64,000 nt of DNA, taken from positions 715 through 64,714 of the forward strand of contig CAVVMJ010000003.1 of NCBI GenBank assembly GCA_963749445.1, given 5' to 3'. This document shows positions 29,167 to 38,731 of this stretch, one piece after another (position 1 is the first letter of the stretch; each line of letters begins with the position of its first letter). Position numbers and translations under genes: made by a program. A model generated the notes under the pieces. The model was not told where the DNA came from. It searched no databases and saw only the letters and a list, made by a program, of their open reading frames with translations. This stretch comes from an uncultured bacterium. Lineage in GTDB: Bacteria; Patescibacteriota; Doudnabacteria; UBA920.

Positions 29167-31131
29167 ATGACCCAAATCCAAAATCTCTCCACCAGCGGCG
29201 GATCCGCCTTCGGCGGAAAATCCAAAATCTCAAATATCCCAAAACAGCCCGGCGTTTACCAGTTTTTGGATAAAGACGGCGGGGTTATTTATATTGGCAA
29301 GGCCAAAAATTTGCGCTCGCGCGTGGGGCAATATTTTAACGGCAGCGATGAGCGGCCCCAAATCCCCCACCTGATGAATGAGGCGGCGGATTTTAGTTAT
29401 ACCGTTGTCAATAACGAACTGGAAAGTTTGTATTTGGAAAACACTTTGATAAAACAGTATCTGCCGAAATATAACATTTTACTGCGCGACGACAAAAACT
29501 ACGCGTTCATTAAAATAGATTACTCAACCGAGATACCGCAGATTGGCTACGCAAGAAAAATAGAAAATCCGGGACTTAGCCCTAAACCCTTAGCCCTTAG
29601 CCCTAAATACTTTGGTCCCTACACCGCCGCCTACAAAATCCGCGACACACTTCATTTAATGCGCAAAATTTTTCCCTACTGCTCGGCGACAAAAGTTTCG
29701 GGAAAACCGTGTTTCCACTATCACCTGCACCGCTGCCCGGGCGTGTGCATTGGGAAAATCACGCTTGACGAGTACCGGCTGACCTTAAAAAAAATTGAGG
29801 ATTTTTTGGCCGGCAATACGGCAAAAGTCGGCAAACAGCTGCAAAGCGAAATGCGCACTGCCGCCTCCAAAAAACAGTTTGAAAAAGCCGCCCGTTTGCG
29901 CGACCAACTGAATTCGCTAAAGCTTTTACAGGAACGCCAAACCGTAATTTTAGCCAAAAAAGTGGACTGGGATATTGTGTCTTTGGCGGCTTCCGATGGT
30001 TATGCCTGCGTTAACCTGTTTAAAGTGCGCGAAGGCAAATTGCAGGACAAAGAAGATTTTGTGTACGAGATGGGCTCCGATGTAGAGGCACGCCGTGGCG
30101 TGCCTGAACAAAATGACGGCATGCCCCGGCATGCCGCTACAGAATATACATTAACATTACAAACCTTCCTTGAACAGTACTATTCGGAAGCTTCCAGCGT
30201 TCCTAAAATTATTTATACCCAATATCAGGTCCGGGAATATCGGCTCATAGAAAAACTGATCCGCTCGCGTTATGACCGCGCAGTCAAAATCATCACGCCC
30301 CAAAAAGGCAAAGCCAAAGGGTTAATCAAGCTCGGAACAGCCAACGCGCAGGAATACCTGACGAAATGGCTTTCAGATCAAGCCGGGCATTTGGACAAAA
30401 TCAACCGCGCGCTGGAAGGCCTTAAAAACGCGCTTTGTCTGGAAAAAATCCCCGAGCGGATAGAGTGTTACGACATCAGCAATATCCAGGGCACCAACGC
30501 CGTGGGCAGCATGGTGGTGTTTAAAAACGGCCTGCCGGCCAAATCCGAATACCGAAAATTTCGGATAAAAACCAAGCACACGCCTGACGATTTTGCGATG
30601 ATGCGCGAGATATTGCAAAGAAGATTTAGGCACAATTACGAATTACGCATTACGGATTCTGAAAATTCGCAATCCGCAATCCGCAATCCGCAATCTTACA
30701 ATTGGCCTCTCCCCGACCTCATTGTCATCGACGGCGGAAAAGGACAACTCTCCGCGGCGCTAGGAGCGCTGCGGAAATTTCCAATTTCCAATTTCCAATT
30801 TCCAATTATTGGCTTGGCCAAAAGGATTGAAGAAATCTTCGTTCCGGGCAAATCCGAACCCATTATTTTGCCGCACGACGATCCCGCACTCCAACTCCTC
30901 CAGCGCCTGCGCGACGAGACGCACCGTTTTGGAATTATTTTTCATCGCCAGCTCCGCTCCAAGCAGGCCGTCCGGTCAGCGCTTGATAACATCCCAGGGT
31001 TAGGCCCCAAAACCAAAAAACTGCTCAAAGCCAAATTCGGCACCGTAGCCAGCATCCGGAAAGCCGATTTAAATGATCTTGCCTCGGTTGTTGGGGATAA
31101 AATAGCGCGGAATATAAAATCAAATGTATGA
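29167..31131 (+). CDS. uvrC: excinuclease ABC subunit C (UvrC), carrying in-frame repeat insertions
   Basis: GIY-YIG N-terminus GVYQFLDKDGGVIYIGKAKNLRSRV, UvrBC domain, endonuclease V-like and HhH C-terminus. Contains repeat C (30079-30141, [21 protein letters not shown]), ATCCG-type repeats (30640-30700) and a (TTTCCAA)4 microsatellite (30778-30807). Confidence 0.93.
   Translation: MTQIQNLSTSGGSAFGGKSKISNIPKQPGVYQFLDKDGGVIYIGKAKNLRSRVGQYFNGSDERPQIPHLMNEAADFSYTVVNNELESLYLENTLIKQYLPKYNILLRDDKNYAFIKIDYSTEIPQIGYARKIENPGLSPKPLALSPKYFGPYTAAYKIRDTLHLMRKIFPYCSATKVSGKPCFHYHLHRCPGVCIGKITLDEYRLTLKKIEDFLAGNTAKVGKQLQSEMRTAASKKQFEKAARLRDQLNSLKLLQERQTVILAKKVDWDIVSLAASDGYACVNLFKVREGKLQDKEDFVYEMGSDVEARRGVPEQNDGMPRHAATEYTLTLQTFLEQYYSEASSVPKIIYTQYQVREYRLIEKLIRSRYDRAVKIITPQKGKAKGLIKLGTANAQEYLTKWLSDQAGHLDKINRALEGLKNALCLEKIPERIECYDISNIQGTNAVGSMVVFKNGLPAKSEYRKFRIKTKHTPDDFAMMREILQRRFRHNYELRITDSENSQSAIRNPQSYNWPLPDLIVIDGGKGQLSAALGALRKFPISNFQFPIIGLAKRIEEIFVPGKSEPIILPHDDPALQLLQRLRDETHRFGIIFHRQLRSKQAVRSALDNIPGLGPKTKKLLKAKFGTVASIRKADLNDLASVVGDKIARNIKSNV
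30079..30141. repeat. palindromic repeat family C inserted in frame in uvrC
   Basis: Reverse complement of 27004-27066. Because uvrA and uvrC are on opposite strands, both genes translate it to the same peptide. Confidence 0.8.
30778..30807 (+). repeat. (TTTCCAA)x4 microsatellite inside uvrC (encodes ISNFQFPI)
   Basis: Direct 7-bp tandem repeat; note it is not a multiple of 3 per unit. Confidence 0.85.
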
Positions 31132-31256
31132 CTAAATCAGAAAATCGGATCAATCGGATAAATCAGAATCCGATAATCCGATTTATCCGGCACATTGACA
31201 CCAACCTTATAACTTAGTATAATAATCAAGACATTTTTAACAGCCTTCCCCATTCA

Positions 31257-31478
31257 ATGAACCACCCAATTTTTATATTTTTTGATATCCTGGTCATGGC
31301 AATTTTGATTATCGTCATTTCCCTGCAGAACAAGTCGGCCGGGCTGTCCAATGTTTTCGGCGGCGCCGGCAACATTGTCCAGACCCGCCGCGGCTTTGAA
31401 AAATGGCTGTTTTACGCCACCATTGTTTTGGGCATTTTGTTCGTGGGGGTCAACATTACCCTACTCCTGCTTAAGTAA
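31257..31478 (+). CDS. secG: preprotein translocase subunit SecG
   Basis: 73 aa, two TM helices flanking VFGGAGNIVQTRRGFEKWL. Confidence 0.7.
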   Translation: MNHPIFIFFDILVMAILIIVISLQNKSAGLSNVFGGAGNIVQTRRGFEKWLFYATIVLGILFVGVNITLLLLK

Positions 31479-31481
31479 CTA

Positions 31482-33233
31482 ATGACCGATTTCGTCCAAA
31501 ATTTCATAGCCTACTGCAGGCAGGTTTACCAAGGATTTAAGCAGATCAAAAACTTTCGCCTTTCCCATTTGCGGAAAGTTTTTTCTTTATTGGACAAGCG
31601 CGAAAAAATCGCCGTCGTCATCCTGGCCCTGCTCGCAGTAACGAATTTGTACCTGTCCCTGCGCAATGTTTATTACAAATATACCGTCTTGGCACCCTCA
31701 AGCGGCGGAAGCTTCAACGAAGGCTTAATCGGCCAGCCGGTATACATCAATCCCCTACTGGCCAGCCAGGATCCGGATCTGTCGCTGACCAAACTGGTCT
31801 TTTCGGGTTTGTACAAATATAACCCAAGCGGACGTTTGACTCCGGATTTGGCCGACGGCCAGCCAACAATTTCGGCCGACCAAAAACAATACACCGTCAA
31901 CCTCAAAAAAAACGTCAAATGGCATAATGGGAAAACTCTGACGGCTGACGACGTCATTTTCACCATCCAAACTTTAAAAGACCCGGCCTTCAAAAGCCCT
32001 TTGCGCAATTTATGGCTGTCCACTGACGTGGAAAAACTGTCCGATTATTCGGTCAAGTTTACGACCAAAGACGTTTCCGGGCCGTTTATGCAAAACCTGA
32101 CCCTGCCGATTTTGCCCCAGGCCGTTTGGGGACAGGTTGATTCACAAAATTTTTTGCTTTCGGAACATAACTTAAAGGCCGTGGGTACCGGACCGTACGC
32201 GGTCAAAGAAATCAAAAAACTGGCCGGCGGCAAGGTTGACCAAATTACTTTGGAAGCCTTTGCCGACTATTACCAAGGCCAGCCGAAAATCAGCGCCGTG
32301 GTTGTCAAATTTTACGACAATGAAACCGACGCCGCAAACGCCCTGCACAGCCGCGAAATCAAAGGGTATGGTTTTGTCGCCTTGGGCAGCGCCTTAAATT
32401 TGGACGGGGAACAAAAAAACCTGCAAGTTTTCAGCCTGCCGCTGCCCCAATACCAAGTTGTCTTTTTTAATTTGAATAACAAAATTTTGGCCGATGGCAA
32501 CGTCAGGCAGGCCTTAACCGAGGCTACCGACCGCCGCCGGATAATCCGCGATGTCTTTAACGGCCAGGCGCTTTTGCCCACTTCTCCCCTGCTGATTATG
32601 CAGGGACTGAGCGCCAGCCCCCAAACCGCCCAGCCTGACCTTGACGCGGCAGCCAAACTTTTGGACGACGACGGCTGGAAAATCGATCCGACAACCCAAA
32701 TCAGGACAAAAAACAAGCAGCCACTGGCGCTGAACTTTGTCACCAACGATTTTTTGCTCAACTCCAAAGCGGCCGAAGATTTGGCCGCCCAGTGGCGGGC
32801 TTTGAATATTACGGTTAATTTTTCCGTTTTGCCGACCCAGGACCTGATGGACAAAGCCGTCCGCCCGCGTAACTTTGACGTTTTGCTCTATCCGGAAAAA
32901 TTCAACGCCGACCCGGACCCGTTCGCGTTTTGGCACAGCAGCCAAATTAAAGATCCGGGATTTAATTTAACCGGCTTTTCGGATCCCAACGTGGACAAGC
33001 TGATTACCCAGGCGCGCGCCACCGTGGATCAAAACGCGCGCCAGCAGATTTACCAACAGCTGGACCAGATTATTGGTTCCAAAAACGCCGTTATTTTGCT
33101 GGACCAGGCAGTATATGTTTACGCTTTGGACGATGAAATAAAAAATGTTGGCCTCAAAACCCTGTACGACCCGAGCCAAAGGTTTTATGACATCGGCAAC
33201 TGGTATGTTGACCAGGCGAGGGTGTGGAAATAA
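31482..33233 (+). CDS. ABC transporter substrate-binding protein, family 5 (oligopeptide/nickel type), N-terminally anchored
   Basis: N-terminal TM helix and SBP_bac_5 architecture (…KWHNGKTLTADDVIFT…, …GYGF…, C-terminal lobe). Confidence 0.7.
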   Translation: MTDFVQNFIAYCRQVYQGFKQIKNFRLSHLRKVFSLLDKREKIAVVILALLAVTNLYLSLRNVYYKYTVLAPSSGGSFNEGLIGQPVYINPLLASQDPDLSLTKLVFSGLYKYNPSGRLTPDLADGQPTISADQKQYTVNLKKNVKWHNGKTLTADDVIFTIQTLKDPAFKSPLRNLWLSTDVEKLSDYSVKFTTKDVSGPFMQNLTLPILPQAVWGQVDSQNFLLSEHNLKAVGTGPYAVKEIKKLAGGKVDQITLEAFADYYQGQPKISAVVVKFYDNETDAANALHSREIKGYGFVALGSALNLDGEQKNLQVFSLPLPQYQVVFFNLNNKILADGNVRQALTEATDRRRIIRDVFNGQALLPTSPLLIMQGLSASPQTAQPDLDAAAKLLDDDGWKIDPTTQIRTKNKQPLALNFVTNDFLLNSKAAEDLAAQWRALNITVNFSVLPTQDLMDKAVRPRNFDVLLYPEKFNADPDPFAFWHSSQIKDPGFNLTGFSDPNVDKLITQARATVDQNARQQIYQQLDQIIGSKNAVILLDQAVYVYALDDEIKNVGLKTLYDPSQRFYDIGNWYVDQARVWK

Positions 33234-33395
33234 AAGCCGCGGATCTACTCGCGGATGGCGACGCGGATCACACGCGGAGTGTAGGGGCGGATAGTATCCG
33301 CCCGCGATGGATTGATGTTTGGGTGACAAAATGATAAAATGATTTATGGTTTGCCCAGGTGGCGGAACTTGGTATATTTACCCCGCACAGTTGGG

Positions 33396-33482
33396 GCCGC
33401 GGTGGTGGAATTGGCATACACGTACGTTTCAGGTACGTATGGGAGCAATCCCGTGAGGGTTCAAGTCCCTCCCGCGGCACCA
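33396..33482 (+). tRNA. tRNA-Leu(CAG), class II with long variable arm
   Basis: Acceptor GCCGCGG/CCGCGGC, anticodon stem TACGT/ACGTA with loop TTCAGGT (anticodon CAG), variable arm GGGAGCAATCCC, T arm GAGGG-TTCAAGT-CCCTC, encoded CCA. Confidence 0.7.
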
Positions 33483-33558
33483 CTTGTGCGGGGCACGCAC
33501 GTTTCAGGTACGTGTGGGAGCAATCCCGTGGAGGTTCGAGTCCTCTCCTGTACACCAA
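33483..33558 (+). other. partial tRNA-Leu-like duplicate (anticodon arm to CCA; no matching 5' acceptor or D arm)
   Basis: gcacgcacgtttcaggtacgtgtgggagcaatcccgtggaggttcgagtcctctcctgtacacca parallels the 3' two-thirds of the preceding tRNA at ~85% identity. Confidence 0.4.
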
Positions 33559-33603
33559 TAACTTTAATAGTTTATTAAAAATCCCTTATATCTAAGCCTT
33601 CCG

Positions 33604-33632
33604 TTGACAAAAAAATCAACCTGTGATATAAT
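33604..33632 (+). promoter_or_regulatory. consensus sigma70 promoter TTGACA-N17-TATAAT
   Basis: Perfect -35/-10 hexamers with a 17-nt spacer, ~260 nt upstream of rnj. Confidence 0.55.
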
Positions 33633-33894
33633 ATATACACAAGATAAAATTTCCCCGGAAACCCAAAACCATAAGTTAACAAATAAAAGTTAAAAAAGCT
33701 TTTTTAATTTTTATTTGTTAATTGCGCATCCGCAAGGCAGTCGGCCGAACAAGCCACTACTGCGGTAAAATCAACAAACCTTTGTTGGCAAACGAGCCAA
33801 CGTGATAGGAATTATATTATTTATTGGCTTACGAGCGCATTAAGCCAGGAAAGTTTTTATTATAGATAGATAGATTTCTATCTAAAAAGAAAAT

Positions 33895-35713
33895 ATGACG
33901 AGACGACATTCATCTCACCACCAGCGGCCCCAGGTGCCGCAACCGCCCCCGGGCCACGATCGTTTAGATATGCTTATTAACAAAGCCACGTCTTTGGGCG
34001 GACAAAATATGGCGGCCGCGACCAGCCCCTATACCGCCTCGCGACAAAACCTGCGCGTCATCCCCATGGGCGGGATTGAGGAAGTTGGGGAAAATATGAC
34101 CGTGCTGGAATACGGCAACGACTTGATTGTAATTGATATGGGTCTGGCTTTTCCGGACGATACCATGCCGGGCATTGACTATATTATTCCGGACACCAAA
34201 TGGCTGGAAGAAAACAGGCGGCGCATCCGCGGCGTCATAATTACGCACGGCCACTTGGACCACATTGGCGCCGCACCTTACATTCTGCCCAAGCTCGGCG
34301 ACCCGCCGGTCTACACTATGGCCTTAACCGCGGGCTTCATTAAAAAACGTTTGGAAGAATTTAATTTGCTTGGCCGTTCCAAAATTAACGTTTTAACCAA
34401 AGACGACGTGGTGGCTTTGGGCAATTTCAAAATCCGGTTTTTCCGCATTAACCACAGTATCCCGGACAGCATGGGCCTGTGCATTACCACGCCGGTCGGG
34501 CAGGTCATCTACGTGACAGACTGGAAATTTGACCACACGCCGGCAGACGGCAAGCCCACGGAGTTTGATAAAATCGCCAAATTCGGCGCCGAAGGCGTTC
34601 TGCTTTTAATGTCCGATTCCACCAATGCCATCAAGCCCGGCTACTGCATTTCCGAACGCGAAATCGGCCTGACCATAGACCGCACGTTTAGTGATATTAA
34701 AGGCAGAATAATTTTTGCCAACTTCAGCACCAACATTTCTCGTATCCAGCAGGTGTTTGACGCCGCGGCCAAATACAACCGCAAAGTCATTGTCACGGGA
34801 CGATCATTGGTCAACAACATTGAAATCGCGCTGTCTTTGGGCTACCTAAAAATTCAGCCCAAAATTATCATTAAATCCGAACAGGCCAAAAAATTTCCCG
34901 ACAACCAAATCGTGATTTTGACCACCGGCAGTCAGGGTGAGGAAGCGGCCGGACTGGCGCGCATTGCCCGCGGCGACCACAAAACCGTTAAAATCAAAAA
35001 AGGCGACACGGCCATTATTTCCGCCTCCCCCATTCCGGGCAACGAACGCGCCGTGGCCGTGGTGATGTCTAACTTAACCCGGTTAGGCGCCCACGTAATT
35101 TACAACAAGATGTTGGACATCCACACTTCGGGCCACGCCCACCAGGAAGAATTAAAATTGATGATGGCGCTGACCAAGCCCAAATTCTTTATGCCTATCC
35201 ACGGCGAACACCATATGATCGTCACCCACGCGGACTTGGCCAGAGGCATGGGCATTCCGGACGACCGAATTTTCACGCTGGACAACGGCCAAATTCTGGA
35301 GATGAATTCCGCGCAGCGAAGCCAAAGTCGTGGAAGATCCCAAAATCTCCAGCGGCTACGTGTTTATTGACGGCTTGGGCGTCGGCGACGTGGGCGAAGT
35401 CGTCATCCGCGACCGGCAGGTTATGGCCCAGGACGGAATGTTTGTGATAATAATGACCCTTGATAGGCGCAACGGCAAACTCGTTAACCAGCCGGACATT
35501 ATTTCCCGAGGCTTCATTTATATGAAAGGCAACGACGATTTGATCCGCGAAGTCAAACACGAAGTGCGCAAGCTCTTGGAAAGCAAAGGCAAGGAAAAAC
35601 TGGAACCCAACTGGGCCTACCTGCGCAACGTCATCCGCGATGAGATTGGGGAATACCTGTACCAAAAAACGGAGCGCAGGCCAATGGTATTACCTGTCGT
35701 CATCGAAGTGTAG
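33895..35713 (+). CDS. rnj: ribonuclease J (beta-CASP metallo-beta-lactamase), with an apparent frameshift near 35315
   Basis: ITHGHLDHIGA metallo-beta-lactamase motif, beta-CASP region, and the C-terminal domain in the overlapping ORF 35330..35713. The frames join as ...LEMNS/AEAKVVEDPKISSGYVFIDG. Confidence 0.85.
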
Positions 35714-35830
35714 TTGGCCGATTTATCGGCTGTCTAGAACCTCGCCGACAATCATAAAAGTCTAAACACATATCTAAAATTCCGTCCCTACAAGGGACGG
35801 AATTTTTATTATCAACAATTGCCTGTTATC

Positions 35831-38731
35831 CTACAGCAGCCTACCTAAATGAGAATCTATCAGCCTTTTTGTATCCATCCGGCAAATTTCCATCAAAGCT
35901 CCAAATCCAAGCTGGCTGTTGTTTTTAAAAGTCTTTTCGGACACTACAATATACTCCCATTCTTTCGGTTGATTTTCAATATTTACTTTACCCGCCGTCT
36001 GACACCAGCTTAACGCCGCCTTGGCTTTCAAAGCCACTAAATGTTTTTGATCTTCAACCGCTTCCCTCATTTCATCTTCCGCTTTCGTTTCCACAATATA
36101 CATTTTTTCTTTTGTCTTTACCACAAAATCCGGAAAATAACTCCGCTTTATGCCAAACCTGTCGCGGTAAGCTATGTTTAAGCTGTGTTTTCTTTCCTGC
36201 AATTTCGCAAAACTTTCCACTTCCGCCGAAACATTCAAAATGTTATCAATCAATAATTTCTCAAATCCTTCGCCTTTTCTGGAATATCCTTGTTTGGGAT
36301 AAATACACCTCACGGCCGGCGAAGACAAAGACTCGCGCAGATAAATTTTCAACACTTCGCTCACTTTACCAAAATTTCCTGCCGATATTTCGTATTTTAA
36401 ATCGCCAATCATTTCTACAATTTTATTTCTGACATTAGACACAGCGAAATCAAACACATCTGTGTAATTTAAGACCGTATTATTTTCCGGCAAAGTAAAA
36501 TCAATTTTTCCCCCAAAAAGCCTATTTGTCGCGTACTCGTCCAAAATACCCATAATATCCGCTATCTGGCCGGTAAGCGCCTGAGTTTTCCTGTCCATAG
36601 CCACAGCTTTGGCCGCCTGCCTCAAAAAATAATTATAATCAAAATACTCATTTTCCAATTTCCAGGTTTTTAATTTTCCGCCAGTCAGCGAATAAGTCGT
36701 GGTAACCGAAACTTGGGAAAGCTGTTTTTTCAGCATTCCAAAATCAGTTTTATACTTTGGCAAAGACATCAGGTCAATGCCGGATAAATCAATTTTCGGC
36801 GACTGGTCAAAAACCTGCAAGGGCCATAAAATATCAAACTTTAATATTCTCTCCGGCGTTGCCTCTACCAGAACCATGTCACCTGTCGCGGCGGTTTGCG
36901 TGCTGTCGCCTATGCCAATGGCATAACCCTGTTTTCTTAATTCTTCGTAAAATTGCCTGAACTGCGGATGTTCTACCACAAACAAAAAATCAAAAGAATT
37001 ATTTGGCGGACGATTTTCCCAAATATCTTTAGCCGCCTCATCTTTAAAACTTTTTAGTTCCGGATATCTATATTCCGGAAACATTAGCCGGATGCCGCGG
37101 CCAACAACTTGTTCAAGAAGCAAATTCGCCTCGGCTTTGCGCAACACCACAATTACCGCCACGTTCTGGGTATCAAAACCCTCGCGCAACATAAGCACGC
37201 TCACCACTATACGAATCGGATTCATTTCTTCCGGCTCGTCCAATGTTTCCAGCTTGCGATGATATTGGTTCCATTCTTCTTCGGACATATCCCCTTTTTT
37301 ATCCGAATGGATGGTCAAAATTTGCCCCTTATAGCTTCTGCCCAATTCATCCGTTAAATTTCCCAAATGTTCGTCAATTCTGTTCGCGACATCGTTGCTT
37401 TCCGCCATAACAAACAAAACCGGCTTTTTGTTTAATTGCTTTTCCCTGAATTCATGGGCTATCTGCTCCATTTTCTTGCGGCCAATGTCCAAAAGCAATT
37501 TTTGGCTGACCGAAAGTCCCAAAATTTCCCCGCGCTTATGGTCGCCTTCCGCCTCTCCCCGTTCCGCGCGCATGTCCAACTCTTCCAGTTTCTCTCCTGC
37601 CATAGACTGTCGCTCTTCCAAAAATATCTGCTTGACCAGCATGGCTTTCATCGCTTTTGCCAAATCAAAATCGTATACAATATGGGAAAAGTATTCTTTT
37701 TTCTCGTTGCTTCCGTAAAACGGCGTGGCGGAAAAATCTATCTGCAAAAATACCCCGCGTTCCCGCTTGTGACGTTCGCCAATCCGCTCATAAAGCACGT
37801 CCATAAACCTGCGCCACACCAAATCTTCGCCTTTGGCATTTTTATTGCCGTGAACGTGGTGCGCTTCGTCGTTAAATATTACAAGATCGGGATATTCCGC
37901 CAAGAAATCCGCGATAATTTCCCCGCGCGGCTGTTCTTCCAAATCTTCGCCGGTTAATTGTTCCCAAAGGTTCGCGTTTTCCTTTAGCCTAAATTGCTGC
38001 CAATTGGTAATAAAAACAAATGGCTCATCCGGCGCGGTAAAATTGGCGCGAATCTCGTTTGGCTCCAGCACTAAAAGATTAAAACGATTTTTATACCTCT
38101 CGCCTTCGGGCAAAAACAAACCGCTGTATAAATCCGATTTTGCTTTTTCCCGATTTCCGGTTTTCGCGTCATGCTTGCCTTTAAACATATCTAAAAGCCT
38201 GCTCAATACCTCGTGACCGGGCGCTACCAGCAAAAAATGGCCGGAATATTTTTTATGTTCATTATTGTAAAGCGCGTTAAAATATTGCCATACCAAAAGC
38301 GCGGCCAAAATCCAGGTCTTGCCCGTACCAGTTGCCATCTTCAAACAATATTTGGCAAAAGGAATTTTGCCGACTTCCTCGCTTAAGGCCGCGCTTTGCT
38401 CTAAAACTTCCGGCGCGAATTTTTCATACGCCTCTTTAAGGGTTTTTATGCCTAAAACTTCGTGGCAATAAATAATAGTTTCTATGGCCTGTTTTTGGCA
38501 GTCATAAAATTTTAAACCCTCGTCTTCGCTCCTGTTAAACCAAAAAGATAGCAAATCGTAAGTCGTCTGGCTTGCGCCCTGCCAGCCCATTTGCGCCCAC
38601 GACTTAACTTCACTTTCCAACCCTTTTACCAACGGCAATTCGTTCAACAAATTGTTAGATGTTGATTTCGCCATATCAAATTTCAACCTCCAAAATTTTT
38701 GTCGCGTCATTGCCGAATATGTCAACCACAC
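35831..38731 (-). CDS. res: type III restriction enzyme Res subunit (SF2 helicase + C-terminal PD-(D/E)xK nuclease)
   Basis: Walker A MATGTGKT, DEAH-like FNDEAHH, helicase C-terminal motifs, and C-terminal YFPDFVV...IVETK nuclease motif. Confidence 0.8.
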   Translation of the reverse strand: MWLTYSAMTRQKFWRLKFDMAKSTSNNLLNELPLVKGLESEVKSWAQMGWQGASQTTYDLLSFWFNRSEDEGLKFYDCQKQAIETIIYCHEVLGIKTLKEAYEKFAPEVLEQSAALSEEVGKIPFAKYCLKMATGTGKTWILAALLVWQYFNALYNNEHKKYSGHFLLVAPGHEVLSRLLDMFKGKHDAKTGNREKAKSDLYSGLFLPEGERYKNRFNLLVLEPNEIRANFTAPDEPFVFITNWQQFRLKENANLWEQLTGEDLEEQPRGEIIADFLAEYPDLVIFNDEAHHVHGNKNAKGEDLVWRRFMDVLYERIGERHKRERGVFLQIDFSATPFYGSNEKKEYFSHIVYDFDLAKAMKAMLVKQIFLEERQSMAGEKLEELDMRAERGEAEGDHKRGEILGLSVSQKLLLDIGRKKMEQIAHEFREKQLNKKPVLFVMAESNDVANRIDEHLGNLTDELGRSYKGQILTIHSDKKGDMSEEEWNQYHRKLETLDEPEEMNPIRIVVSVLMLREGFDTQNVAVIVVLRKAEANLLLEQVVGRGIRLMFPEYRYPELKSFKDEAAKDIWENRPPNNSFDFLFVVEHPQFRQFYEELRKQGYAIGIGDSTQTAATGDMVLVEATPERILKFDILWPLQVFDQSPKIDLSGIDLMSLPKYKTDFGMLKKQLSQVSVTTTYSLTGGKLKTWKLENEYFDYNYFLRQAAKAVAMDRKTQALTGQIADIMGILDEYATNRLFGGKIDFTLPENNTVLNYTDVFDFAVSNVRNKIVEMIGDLKYEISAGNFGKVSEVLKIYLRESLSSPAVRCIYPKQGYSRKGEGFEKLLIDNILNVSAEVESFAKLQERKHSLNIAYRDRFGIKRSYFPDFVVKTKEKMYIVETKAEDEMREAVEDQKHLVALKAKAALSWCQTAGKVNIENQPKEWEYIVVSEKTFKNNSQLGFGALMEICRMDTKRLIDSHLGRLL

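Noticed and set aside
33241-33360. CGGAT-rich block after the SBP gene as a possible CRISPR-like array
   Set aside because: Units are short (5-9 bp), irregular and palindromic, with no repeat-spacer periodicity. They belong to the ATCCG palindrome family seen at several gene ends.
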